NCBI GenBank assembly: GCA_034933245.1 | Contig: JAYFNX010000016.1 | Span: forward strand, 4,005-68,004 | Reading direction: 5' to 3' | DNA: 64,000 nt | Source: Candidatus Pelethousia sp. | GTDB lineage: Bacteria > Bacillota > Clostridia > Christensenellales > CAG-138 | In this document: in pieces, positions 37,539 through 46,797 of the stretch | Layout of the letters: every line of letters starts with the position of its first letter | Position numbering within the stretch: position 1 is the stretch's first letter | Notes under the pieces: generated by a model | The model's database searches: none | What the model was told of the DNA's origin: nothing | What the model saw: the letters and a program-made list of their open reading frames with translations, nothing else | Program-made: the position numbers and the translations under genes

Positions 37539-38696
37539 CTATCCGTGGACCCAGCCCGAAAGCACAATAACGGCATAATCCACCACCCCCGCCTGGGGAA
37601 TATCCTCGGCCGGGAACAACTCAACCGAGCAAATTTCCGCGCCTGTATCGTCCAGATAGCGCACCGTACCCACCGATTCGCTGCTGGAAAGCGGTGCCGT
37701 AAGCGCCTCGGGTAAATCCCACTGCGCCTCATGCCCCGTACCTCTGGGCATCAGGAGAACCGCCTCCTTTCCCGCTATCAGCGCCACGGTGCTGCGCCTA
37801 GCGCCCAAAACAGGCATGGCATCCACCAGCACCTCTTCCACACGCGCCAGATTTTTTACTTCGTAGGCCGCGAAGCCATAATCGATGAGGTCGCCGGCAG
37901 CCGCAAATCGAGCGGAAGCATTGGGGGCGCCAATAACGGTGCACAGCCAGGCCGTACCCCCTCTGGATACGCTGAATACCCCGCAGTATCCAGCCGTGGC
38001 CGAAGAACCGGTGGCCACGCCCGTACAGCCTACGGATGTTTTTAGAAGCTTATTGGCGCTTGCCAACTCCGTCGTCCTTCCGTCCGCATGGGAGATGCCG
38101 TCAAAAAACAGGTTGCTGTAAGCGGTAAAGGCGGGGCTATTCATCAGCGCCCTGCCAAGGCAGGCAAGCTCATTGGCGCTCAAGCGGACTTCGGCGCCCA
38201 TAAGGTCTGCATAAACCGCATCCACACCCAGCTCAAAAAGACGCGTCTGCATATGCTGGATGCAGGCTGTGGCTGAACCGTATGCAGCCTCCGACAATGC
38301 GTAAATGGCGTCTCCGGCGGTGATCATCACAGCAGCTTTCATGAGGGAAGCCGCATCGATGACTTCGTAAGCCGATAAAAAGGCAGTGGGCCCTTTAATC
38401 CGCGCCGCCTCCTCGCTAACGGTAATGGAAGCGCTTGGTTCCAAAATGCCCGCATCCATTGCCTCGCAAACCACAAGCAAGGCGGGAAGCCGGCTTAACC
38501 CGCCAACCTCCATCTTCTCCTCCGCTTGATAGGAGGCCACGCTCTGACCGCCCACCTGCTCCATCAAAACGGCTGCCTTGGCCCCCGCAAGATCCCCAGG
38601 CATGGGTGCATTTGCTGCCAAGGCCACGCCGCCGGGCATTAGCAAAAGCAAAACCAGCGCCAAGGATAAGGCGCGTGCGAAAATTCGTTTTTGCAT
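37539..38696 (-). CDS. PBP5/DacB-like protein with degenerate active-site motifs
   Basis: Signal peptide. Aligns by eye to the dacB product at 33214, but SxxK reads SRLP, SxN reads AGD and KTG reads ATG. ATG at 38696. Confidence 0.7.
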   Translation of the reverse strand: MQKRIFARALSLALVLLLLMPGGVALAANAPMPGDLAGAKAAVLMEQVGGQSVASYQAEEKMEVGGLSRLPALLVVCEAMDAGILEPSASITVSEEAARIKGPTAFLSAYEVIDAASLMKAAVMITAGDAIYALSEAAYGSATACIQHMQTRLFELGVDAVYADLMGAEVRLSANELACLGRALMNSPAFTAYSNLFFDGISHADGRTTELASANKLLKTSVGCTGVATGSSATAGYCGVFSVSRGGTAWLCTVIGAPNASARFAAAGDLIDYGFAAYEVKNLARVEEVLVDAMPVLGARRSTVALIAGKEAVLLMPRGTGHEAQWDLPEALTAPLSSSESVGTVRYLDDTGAEICSVELFPAEDIPQAGVVDYAVIVLSGWVHG

Positions 38697-38751
38697 AATA
38701 ATAAAAGCCCCCCTACACAGATCATATTCCATATCTATGTATCAGGGGGGC
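38697..38751 (-). terminator. Terminator-like hairpin after deoB whose 3' arm is the only SD-like sequence for the next gene
   Basis: The - strand reads GCCCCCCU ... AGGGGGGC followed by UUUUAUUAUU and then AUG (38696). Confidence 0.55.
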
Positions 38752-38765
38752 ACAAATACGACAAA

Positions 38766-39962
38766 CTAATCTTTTTTGCCTGCAAGGTTTAAATCATGTA
38801 AAAAAGAGGTGCCTGTCTTCCATGGTGTGCCTGTAATATATTCAAAGACAGTGCTGCCGATATCCGCAAAAGTCTTTCTGGTTCCCAAATTTACAGCGCC
38901 CGTCATCCCTTTGCTATAAGCCAATATTGGGATATATTCACGCGTATGATCCGTACCCGGCCAAGTCGGATCGCATCCATGATCCGCCGTAATTATAAGC
39001 AAATCATTCGGACCCATGGCTTCCCCAAAAGCCGGCAATTGCCCGTCAAAATACTCCAGCGCCTTCGCATACCCCTCCACATCGTTACGGTGGCCATAGA
39101 GCATGTCGGTATCCACCAAGTTGGTAAAAATCAGGTTTCCAGCGCCCTCTTGTATATAACGCAGCGTAGCCTCTATGCCGTCATGATTGTTTTTGGTATG
39201 ATTTGCTTCGGAAATTCCTCGATGGCAAAAAATATCCTCAATCTTGCCCACGGCAATGGTAGTATAGCCCTTTGCCACAAGGCCGTCCAGAATCGTATCC
39301 TCAATGGGCGGTACGGCGAAATCCCGACGATTCTCCGTGCGGGTATAGTGGCCGTTTGATCCCACAAAGGGCCGCGCAATCACCCGGCCCACCAGATCGG
39401 GGGGGACCAGCATAGCCCTGGCTTCCTCACACATTTTATAGAGTTCCGCCGGGGGGATGATCTCTTCGTGAGCAGCGATTTGGAAAACGCTGTCCGCAGA
39501 GGTATATACAATGGGCTTTCCCGTTTTTACGTGCTCATCGCCAAGTTCCTGAATGATAACGGTACCCGAAGCCACCCGGTTGCCTAGCACTTGTCGGCCG
39601 ATCCGTTTCTCGAAATCTTCGATGATATGGGATGAAAAACCCTTGGGATAGGTTTTAAAGGGCTCGTCCATGATGATGCCTGCCATTTCCCAATGGCCAC
39701 AGGTGGTGTCCTTCGCGAATGTTTTTTCTGCGGCACGTCCATATCCACCCTGCAAAGGCCCCGCATAGGCGGGCAGGCGTTCCGCGCCTTGAATGCGGGA
39801 AAGTCCCATGGAATACATATGGGGTAACTCCAGATGCCCCCGATGCTCGTAAATATTACAAATGGTATTGGCGCCGTCATCTCCAAATGCTGCGGCGTCC
39901 GGTAGGCTACCAATCCCAGCGCTGTCCAGAACGACAAGAATGGCCCGTTTATGCTCCAGCAT
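38766..39962 (-). CDS. deoB: Phosphopentomutase
   Basis: VLDSAGIG N-terminus and TADHGCDPTWPGTDHTREYIP metal-binding region. Confidence 0.93.
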   Translation of the reverse strand: MLEHKRAILVVLDSAGIGSLPDAAAFGDDGANTICNIYEHRGHLELPHMYSMGLSRIQGAERLPAYAGPLQGGYGRAAEKTFAKDTTCGHWEMAGIIMDEPFKTYPKGFSSHIIEDFEKRIGRQVLGNRVASGTVIIQELGDEHVKTGKPIVYTSADSVFQIAAHEEIIPPAELYKMCEEARAMLVPPDLVGRVIARPFVGSNGHYTRTENRRDFAVPPIEDTILDGLVAKGYTTIAVGKIEDIFCHRGISEANHTKNNHDGIEATLRYIQEGAGNLIFTNLVDTDMLYGHRNDVEGYAKALEYFDGQLPAFGEAMGPNDLLIITADHGCDPTWPGTDHTREYIPILAYSKGMTGAVNLGTRKTFADIGSTVFEYITGTPWKTGTSFLHDLNLAGKKD

Positions 39963-40041
39963 AATTTAATCCCTTCTTTTGTTGCATTTGAGGTGCGAAA
40001 CCTCTGTAAGATTGTACCACCCTTTGAAAGTACCCGTCAAT

Positions 40042-40623
40042 TCATTTGACAAGCCAAGCACGAAGGGCAACGGGAGCTGCCGCGCTTTCCAGCAGAATGC
40101 AGAATGCCAGGAGCCCCCAGGAACGCAGGGATAAGCCCTCTTGGGGAAGGCCCGATCGGGCTCGAATATCCGCCAGAATTCGAAAGGCGAGGGCGGCCAT
40201 ACAAAAAAGAGCGGGAAGAATGCTCAGGGGGGTTCCCAAAGCCAATCCCCGAAGGCCCATCTCGCCGAAAAGGCAGGAAAGGGAACTTCCCATGCAAAAT
40301 CCTTTGAATGCCACGGACAGCCCGCCGATGGCCACCAGGGGTGGCCAAATCCTCGGAAGGCAGGCAATGCAATACAGAAGCAGGTTTATAGCGATCGAAT
40401 GGACTATGGCAGGAAATACATGATAGGTTTGCGAAGGAAGCGCTGTAAAAAAGGCGGACAGCCCGCCTGTGTTTCCCTGGGGCTGAACTCTACTGGCTGC
40501 GGAAACGCCGGCCGCTATGCCTGCAACGGCATAAAAGAGCAGGAGCAACAGAATGTAGGGATGTTGCACCGCCGTTTTTACGGGGCCGGTTATCTGTTTA
40601 AGTCGGTTTGTTTGTATACTCAT
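40042..40623 (-). CDS. spoIIM: Probable stage II sporulation protein M (SpoIIM/DUF95-like membrane protein)
   Basis: 193 aa, about 5 TMs, size and topology consistent with SpoIIM. Lies beside spo0A and deoB. Assignment rests on pattern and context only. Confidence 0.5.
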   Translation of the reverse strand: MSIQTNRLKQITGPVKTAVQHPYILLLLLFYAVAGIAAGVSAASRVQPQGNTGGLSAFFTALPSQTYHVFPAIVHSIAINLLLYCIACLPRIWPPLVAIGGLSVAFKGFCMGSSLSCLFGEMGLRGLALGTPLSILPALFCMAALAFRILADIRARSGLPQEGLSLRSWGLLAFCILLESAAAPVALRAWLVK

Positions 40624-40659
40624 GGAGCATATATACGTACCGAAGCTCCAGGATATGCC

Positions 40660-41445
40660 TCAGGAAGGCTTGCGCAGCCGGCGAACGGTATATTCCGTAA
40701 TGTTTGCAATAAATTCCTTGTTGGTAGGGCGGCTACGCTCGGCCTCAATGGTATTTCCAAATAGTTTATGCTGGGCTTTTAGGTTTCCTCTGGTCCAGGT
40801 GACTTCTATAAAATTTCGAATGTTACGCTCAATTTGTTTTATGTTTACTCCATGTATGCGGGCGGCAGAGGGATAGGCCTCCTGCGAAAGGCATACGGAG
40901 CGGTCCATATTGCGTACGCAAAAAGCGATAACGGTTTTAACCTGATAATACCCCGTAAGGCTTACGGGGCATCCCATATGCCGCAGCAAACCGGTGACGA
41001 TCTGGTCAATTTGGAGATTCAAGTCGGTTTCGCGCATGTTCATGCGAAATTGCTGCAACGCGCCATCCCGATCCGGTGAAAAATCCATCATACGGCTGAA
41101 GATAAGCGTTTCATCTGTTGGCATTTGAATTTGATAGGTAACGCCCAGGCTTTCTCCAAGTTGAACCGCTTCTTCTCCCTTCATAGAGGAAAGGGCGAAA
41201 ATACGAGTGCTTTTGCAAATTCCTTCCGCCCGAAAACTGCGAAGGACGGCAATGCCGTCCATACGGGGCATAAGCATATCTAAAAGCATGAGATCAGGCT
41301 CAAAGAGGCGCGCCTGCACCACCCCGGACATGCCGTCCACGCCGGATGGAAGCAGCTTAATGATGGATACGGAACGGAAATAGGTTTCTAACCTCTCGCG
41401 CAATTCAACATTATCCGTAATAATGAGCAAGGTATATGGTTTCAT
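40660..41445 (-). CDS. spo0A: Sporulation master regulator Spo0A (divergent)
   Basis: Receiver domain plus Spo0A_C signature (ERNIRNFIEVTWTRGN...RPTNKEFIANI). Conserved position next to spoIVB-recN. Confidence 0.8.
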   Translation of the reverse strand: MKPYTLLIITDNVELRERLETYFRSVSIIKLLPSGVDGMSGVVQARLFEPDLMLLDMLMPRMDGIAVLRSFRAEGICKSTRIFALSSMKGEEAVQLGESLGVTYQIQMPTDETLIFSRMMDFSPDRDGALQQFRMNMRETDLNLQIDQIVTGLLRHMGCPVSLTGYYQVKTVIAFCVRNMDRSVCLSQEAYPSAARIHGVNIKQIERNIRNFIEVTWTRGNLKAQHKLFGNTIEAERSRPTNKEFIANITEYTVRRLRKPS

Positions 41446-41538
41446 AATCGCTCCCGATAAGAACTTATGGATATGCGCTATACACTTTGCATTACAAGCC
41501 TAATTTAGTATAGCAGAATCCACAACCGGGCGCAATGC

Positions 41539-42789
41539 TCAGCAAAGTTCATACATCCAAAGGGCATAGATGCAATAACCGCGAAGCGGGTCATTCACAA
41601 ATACATGGGTAACGGCCCCAACCAGCTTTCCATCTTGTAAAATAGGGCTGCCGCTCATGCCTTGCACAATCCCCCCCGTTTTCTCTATCAAATCTGGATC
41701 CGTGATCTGAATCACCATGCCCTTTCCCTCTGCGCTGGATTGCTGGTATGTTTTAATGATCTCGCAATCATAGGCCTGCACACCATCGGAGTCCACCGTT
41801 GTTAAAAGCTGGGCAGGCCCCGTATGGGCTTCTTCAGGATAGGCCAAAAGTACGCCCTTTGGATATAGGGGATTCTCCATGGGCTCATAGAGCTGGCCAT
41901 ATATTCCCAGGTTGCAATTTGCGTCCAAGGTCCCCAGGTGTCGGCTTACCGTGCTAAATGCGCCCCGGATCTCCCCCGGTAAACCGCTGGCTCCCTGTGC
42001 TACGCCCACCACGCTGGAATGTATGATCGTCCCCTCTTTAACAGAGAGCAGCGACCCTGTATCCACATCCGTAATGGGATGCCCAAGCGCGCCATAACGC
42101 AGCGTAGCCATGGAATAGAAAGATAAGGTTCCGATCCCGGCCGTACTATCCCGTACCCACATCCCCATTTTATTAATGCCGTCCGCAGCATCGGCCACGG
42201 GCTGTAAATTCATGTTAAGCGTTTGCCCGTTCCGGGAAACGGTTAGGCCGATATCCCCTTCCGTTTCGTTGCAAAGCGTTATCAAATGCTCCGCATTTTT
42301 CACATCGCTCCCTTCGATGGCCAAAATTACATCCCCCACCCGAATCCCCGCAGCCTGCGCGGGGCATACCTGTTCCCCCGCGGCATTAAAAAAATTCCCC
42401 AGGCCCACGACCAACGCCCCTTTTGTATATAAGGTTACACCGACCGACTGCCCGCCCGGCATGACCCATATTTGATCCCGCGGGTGGAAGCTAACCGTTT
42501 TCACGGGAATCAAACCAAAGAGGTCGACTGTGACGGAATATTGACCTTTCTCAGCCGTCTCCAAGCTTTCTCCCATATTTTGCATAACGGCCTGTTCCTC
42601 TTCGTCATAACGCAGCCCAAAGGGCGCGCGAATGGAGGAGAGAAGCGTTTCGCTTTCCGAATCAATATACGCGTCCTTGGGCAAAGAACGGATAATCTGC
42701 ATCTGCGGCCCATAATTAAAGCTGATAAGCAGCAGACAAATGATAAGACCCAAGCAACGAATGAACACGCCCGCGCCGTGTTTCCTCAT
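41539..42789 (-). CDS. spoIVB: SpoIVB peptidase (S55)
   Basis: N-terminal TM, PDZ domain, catalytic region with GALGH and GMSGSPI. Confidence 0.9.
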   Translation of the reverse strand: MRKHGAGVFIRCLGLIICLLLISFNYGPQMQIIRSLPKDAYIDSESETLLSSIRAPFGLRYDEEEQAVMQNMGESLETAEKGQYSVTVDLFGLIPVKTVSFHPRDQIWVMPGGQSVGVTLYTKGALVVGLGNFFNAAGEQVCPAQAAGIRVGDVILAIEGSDVKNAEHLITLCNETEGDIGLTVSRNGQTLNMNLQPVADAADGINKMGMWVRDSTAGIGTLSFYSMATLRYGALGHPITDVDTGSLLSVKEGTIIHSSVVGVAQGASGLPGEIRGAFSTVSRHLGTLDANCNLGIYGQLYEPMENPLYPKGVLLAYPEEAHTGPAQLLTTVDSDGVQAYDCEIIKTYQQSSAEGKGMVIQITDPDLIEKTGGIVQGMSGSPILQDGKLVGAVTHVFVNDPLRGYCIYALWMYELC

Positions 42790-42802
42790 GAATTTTCACC
42801 TC

Positions 42803-42843
42803 AAAAAAATAAAAACACTACGGCCGATTGATACCGTAGTGTT
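42803..42843 (-). terminator. Rho-independent terminator after recN, abutting the spoIVB RBS
   Basis: The - strand reads AACACUACGG-loop-CCGUAGUGUU, then UUUUAUUUUUUU, then GAGGUG and AUG. Confidence 0.75.
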
Positions 42844-42895
42844 ATATTTGGCGATGAACGTACGGGCTATACCATCATTTTCTGGGCAAAAAAAG

Positions 42896-44590
42896 TTAGT
42901 TTTTCCTGCGGGCGGCCTTGGCCGCCTCGCAATTATCAATCAATTCTTTTGCATGTTCCAAAGCGGCGCTGGATTGATTCGCGCCGCTCATCATGGCGGC
43001 CACCTGCGTATAGCGCTGTTCGTTGGTAAGCAAGCGCACAAAAGTTTTGGTCGCGCCTGCCTCTTCCCGTTTTTCTACCAGATAATGCGCGTCCGCCAAC
43101 GCGGCAATTTGAGGCAAATGGGTTACGCAAAGCACCTGATGCGAATCGGATATGCGCACCATCTTTTCCCCCACAACGGCCGCAACCCGTCCACTGATAC
43201 CCGTATCGATTTCATCAAAAATCAGGGTTGGAATGCCGTCTCCCTGCGCAAACATCGCTTTCATGGCCAGCATTATGCGGCTCATTTCACCCCCGGAAGC
43301 CACCTTTTCCAGGGGTTTCAGGGGTTCGCCCGCATTCGCGCTTAGAAGGAACTCGGCCCTTTCGGCGCCTAAGGGTGCAATATCCTCTATTCTTTGAAAG
43401 TGTACGGAGAAATCTGCATGGGCAAAACCAAGGTCAACCAATTCCTGCCGCATGCCTTTTTCAAGTTTTGCAGCGGCGGCCTCCCTGGCTTGGGTGAGAC
43501 GCGCAGCGCAAATGCCATACTCCTTTGTCGCTTTGGCGAGATCCTGTTCTAACTGCTCGCGCCGTGCCGCCGTCCCTTCCAGGCTCGTCAGCCGATCGCC
43601 CGAATTTTCCAGATAATTCATAATCGCGGCGTAATCCACCCCATATTTGCGTTTGAGCGTCCGATAAATCTCCAATCGGTTCTCTATTTCGTCAATCCGT
43701 CGGGGATCGTATTCAAAGCCGTTGCGCAAATCCCGTAGAGAGAAACCGATGTCCTCAATGGCATAATAGGCGTCTTCCAGCCGTTTGGTCAGCGCCGCGT
43801 AATCCTCAGAAAAAGCGGCTATATCCTGCATATGGCGCATCGCGCCGCCCAACAGGGAAAGGGAGGCGTCTTCGCCGGATAATGCCTCCCCGCTTTGCGC
43901 AAGCGCTTCCATGATGCGCTCCGCATTATGCACAAGGACACGCTCTGCCAAGAGGGATTCCTCTTCCCCCTCCTTCAAGCTTGCCCGTTCGATCTCGGCT
44001 ATCTGGTAACGCAAAACGTCCATCTCGCGAAGGCGCTCATCCTCGGAGCCAAAGCCATCCAGCATTTCCTCCCGCAAGGCCTTACAGCGACGTGCCGAAT
44101 TCGCCACGTCCCGGCGAGCCTCTGCCACCGGTTCGCCGCCAAATGCATCCAGATAGTTCATGTGGTGGGACTTGGAAAGGAGGGACTGGTGCTCGTGCTG
44201 GCCGTGAACGTCCACCAGTTGATCCGTGATGGATTTAAGCACGGTCAGGGTGACCAAAGCGCCGTTAGCCCGGCAAACATTTTTGCCCGCCGCTGAAAGC
44301 TCGCGGGAAAGGAGCAACTCTCCATCTTCGCAAGGGAGACCCTGCTCCTCCAAAAAAGATAAGAGACCCGGCTGGCCGCCGATATCAAAAATCGCTTCCA
44401 CCCGGGCTTTATCCGCACCATGTTTAATGAGTTCCCGGCTCCCCCGTTCCCCAAGCACAAGATTAACCGCATCAATTACGATGGATTTACCGGCTCCGGT
44501 CTCGCCTGTGAGCACATTAAAGCCGGATAAAAAGCCTATATCCAGCTCTTCGATGAGAGCTACGTTTTTTACAAATAGCCGCTGTAGCAT
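42896..44590 (-). CDS. recN: DNA repair protein RecN
   Basis: SMC-like. Walker A GETGAGKS, long coiled coil, C-terminal signature/Walker B (SGGEMSRIMLA, LIFDEIDTG). Confidence 0.95.
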   Translation of the reverse strand: MLQRLFVKNVALIEELDIGFLSGFNVLTGETGAGKSIVIDAVNLVLGERGSRELIKHGADKARVEAIFDIGGQPGLLSFLEEQGLPCEDGELLLSRELSAAGKNVCRANGALVTLTVLKSITDQLVDVHGQHEHQSLLSKSHHMNYLDAFGGEPVAEARRDVANSARRCKALREEMLDGFGSEDERLREMDVLRYQIAEIERASLKEGEEESLLAERVLVHNAERIMEALAQSGEALSGEDASLSLLGGAMRHMQDIAAFSEDYAALTKRLEDAYYAIEDIGFSLRDLRNGFEYDPRRIDEIENRLEIYRTLKRKYGVDYAAIMNYLENSGDRLTSLEGTAARREQLEQDLAKATKEYGICAARLTQAREAAAAKLEKGMRQELVDLGFAHADFSVHFQRIEDIAPLGAERAEFLLSANAGEPLKPLEKVASGGEMSRIMLAMKAMFAQGDGIPTLIFDEIDTGISGRVAAVVGEKMVRISDSHQVLCVTHLPQIAALADAHYLVEKREEAGATKTFVRLLTNEQRYTQVAAMMSGANQSSAALEHAKELIDNCEAAKAARRKN

Positions 44591-44598
44591 AAGCCTTT

Positions 44599-45051
44599 CT
44601 ATACCTTTAGAATCGTTTGAAAACGGCGGATGAGTTCGTTTGCATCCTGCCCCTCTTTTACGGCGATGAAAATGGTGTTATCCCCGGCGATGGTTCCCGC
44701 AATTTCCTCCCAGTGCAGGGAATCAATGGCCTCTGCGGCAGCGTTCGCCGTGCCGGAGATAGTTCGGATGATGGCTAGGTTTCCCGTGGCGATCATAGAA
44801 ATTACAGAGTGGGCGAAAATGCTGATAAAGCGATCCTTAAGACCCGCTTCTGCCTTGTCCACTGTGGCATATTTATAGCTGCCGTCCTCCGAGAGCACCT
44901 TGATAAGCCGGAGTTCCTTAATATCCCGAGATACGGTGGCCTGGGTCACGTTCATTCCCTGCTCTCGGAGCCGGGAGGCCAGGTCTTCCTGTGTATCTAC
45001 GTTGTAGCGCTCGATGATGTCCAAAATGATAGCGTGCCGTGCGGACTTCAC
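44599..45051 (-). CDS. argR: Arginine repressor
   Basis: N-terminal wHTH (TQEDLASRLREQGMNVTQATVSRDIKEL) and C-terminal GTIAGDNTIF. GTG start is preceded by GGAGG. Confidence 0.92.
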   Translation of the reverse strand: MKSARHAIILDIIERYNVDTQEDLASRLREQGMNVTQATVSRDIKELRLIKVLSEDGSYKYATVDKAEAGLKDRFISIFAHSVISMIATGNLAIIRTISGTANAAAEAIDSLHWEEIAGTIAGDNTIFIAVKEGQDANELIRRFQTILKV

Positions 45052-45078
45052 GTGATTTAGACCTCCGTTATGAAAGAA

Positions 45079-45894
45079 TCAGGAAAGTTTCGTTCGAATC
45101 AACTGGTAAATATTGTTCCGTCCAAACTGGATAAACTTAGCGGTGCGCTTGCTGCGGGTGATAGTGATAATATCCTTGTCGTTGATGTCTTGCGTATAAA
45201 TACCGTCTACAGCCAAATACCCATCGCTATGCATGCTCAGGCGTAAGGACATGTCCGCCGCCATCACAATGGGCCGGAAGCAGAGGGTGTGGGGACAGAT
45301 GGGTGTGACGATGGCAACATCCAACCCGGGAGCTACCACAGGGCCGCCCGCTGAAATAGAATACCCCGTTGCGCCGTTGGGGGTGCTGACGATGATTCCA
45401 TCACAAAATAAGCTCCCCGCATCGATACCATCGATTTCCACATGGATATCGGCTACGCCGGAAAATCGTTTTTTATAAAGGATGGCGTCGTTGATACAAT
45501 CGTGCGGGGTACCTCCGTTTACGGCACAGGAAAGGAGCATACGTTCATCTACCCGGTACGCCTCCGTCTCCAGTTTTATCAAAACCTCCGGAACTTCCTC
45601 CGCGCTGGCTCCGCTCATAAAACCGACACGACCAAAATTAATGCCCAAAACGGGCACATCCATGGGTACGGCAATAGTCGCCGCCCGTAGGATGGTTCCA
45701 TCGCCTCCCAGCGCAAAAATCACCTGAGGCGGCTCTTCCTCAAAAGAAGGCAGGGCGGGGAGGTCGGAAATACTTCGCAGGGAAGCATCCATGGAACAGG
45801 AAAAAGACGCGGCCAGTGCGGCATCTATGGTGCTTTGCACAGCGGATAGGGCGCTGGGATTATTCGGATTTGCAAAAATGCCAATATGCCGCAT
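45079..45894 (-). CDS. nadK: NAD kinase
   Basis: GGDGT motif (ALGGDGTILRAA), NFGRVGF, TPNGATGYSISAGGP. ATG at 45894 is preceded by GGTGGA. Confidence 0.9.
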   Translation of the reverse strand: MRHIGIFANPNNPSALSAVQSTIDAALAASFSCSMDASLRSISDLPALPSFEEEPPQVIFALGGDGTILRAATIAVPMDVPVLGINFGRVGFMSGASAEEVPEVLIKLETEAYRVDERMLLSCAVNGGTPHDCINDAILYKKRFSGVADIHVEIDGIDAGSLFCDGIIVSTPNGATGYSISAGGPVVAPGLDVAIVTPICPHTLCFRPIVMAADMSLRLSMHSDGYLAVDGIYTQDINDKDIITITRSKRTAKFIQFGRNNIYQLIRTKLS

Positions 45895-45984
45895 GCTTCC
45901 ACCTAATGATCTTCGTTTGTTTATTATATGCATATATATAGTTTTTTTCAAGGGAATTTCGCGAAAATACAGAATGATTATACA

Positions 45985-46797
45985 TTAATTTAGCACCTCA
46001 TGCGCTTCCGATACAACATGCTGTATGCGTGCATCCAGTTCATCCCATTCCATAGGCGCTTCCGCCGTCTTTTTTAGGATCAGCAAAAATTCGATATTAC
46101 CCTTGGGGCCGGTGATGGGCGAAAAATCCACCGCCATTACGGCAAATCCCGTGTCCACGGCAAAACGAGCCGCTTCCCGAAGAACGGACAGGTGCGTTTG
46201 TGCATCTCGCACCACCCCGTTCTTGCCGACTTGGCTCCGCCCTGCTTCAAACTGGGGTTTCACAAGGGAAACCGCCAGGCCGTCCTCCCGAAGGCAGGCA
46301 TAAAGAGCGGGGAGAATCAGGCGGATGGAAATGAAACTTACGTCCATGCTTGCAAAGTCCAAAGGCCGGCAGAACCACCCAGGCTCCATATTGCGGGCGT
46401 TGGTCCGCTCCATTACGCATACGCGTTCGTCGTTTCGAAGGCGCCAATCCAGTTGCCCGTAGCCAACGTCAATGGCGTATACATAGGCGGCGCCACTTTG
46501 CAGCATGCAATCCGTAAAGCCACCTGTAGAGGCGCCCACATCCGCCGCCACGACGGCGTTTAAGCTGATCCCGTAGGTCTGAACGGCCTTATCCAGTTTA
46601 AGGCCGCCACGGCTCACAAAGGGGATCGGATTTTCCTTAAGGCTTACAGTCTGTTCCGGCCCCAGGCTTTGCCCGGCCTTTTCCACCCGTTGGCCATCCG
46701 CAAAAACCACGCCCGCCAAAATGAGAGAACGGGCTTTTTCCCGGCTTTCCGCCAGGCCAAGCTCTACCAAACGGATATCCGCCCTAGGGCCTTTCAT
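45985..46797 (-). CDS. tlyA: TlyA family rRNA 2'-O-methyltransferase
   Basis: S4 domain (RADIRLVELGLAESREKARSLI) and FtsJ-like MTase (DVGASTGGFTD). ATGA overlap with the dxs stop. Confidence 0.88.
   Translation of the reverse strand: MKGPRADIRLVELGLAESREKARSLILAGVVFADGQRVEKAGQSLGPEQTVSLKENPIPFVSRGGLKLDKAVQTYGISLNAVVAADVGASTGGFTDCMLQSGAAYVYAIDVGYGQLDWRLRNDERVCVMERTNARNMEPGWFCRPLDFASMDVSFISIRLILPALYACLREDGLAVSLVKPQFEAGRSQVGKNGVVRDAQTHLSVLREAARFAVDTGFAVMAVDFSPITGPKGNIEFLLILKKTAEAPMEWDELDARIQHVVSEAHEVLN

Noticed and set aside
44599-44640. The sequence CGTTTGAAAACG upstream of recN as a LexA box.
   Set aside because: The half-site order (GTTT..AAAC) is inverted relative to GAAC-N4-GTTC, and the sequence lies inside the argR coding end. 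It is not convincing.
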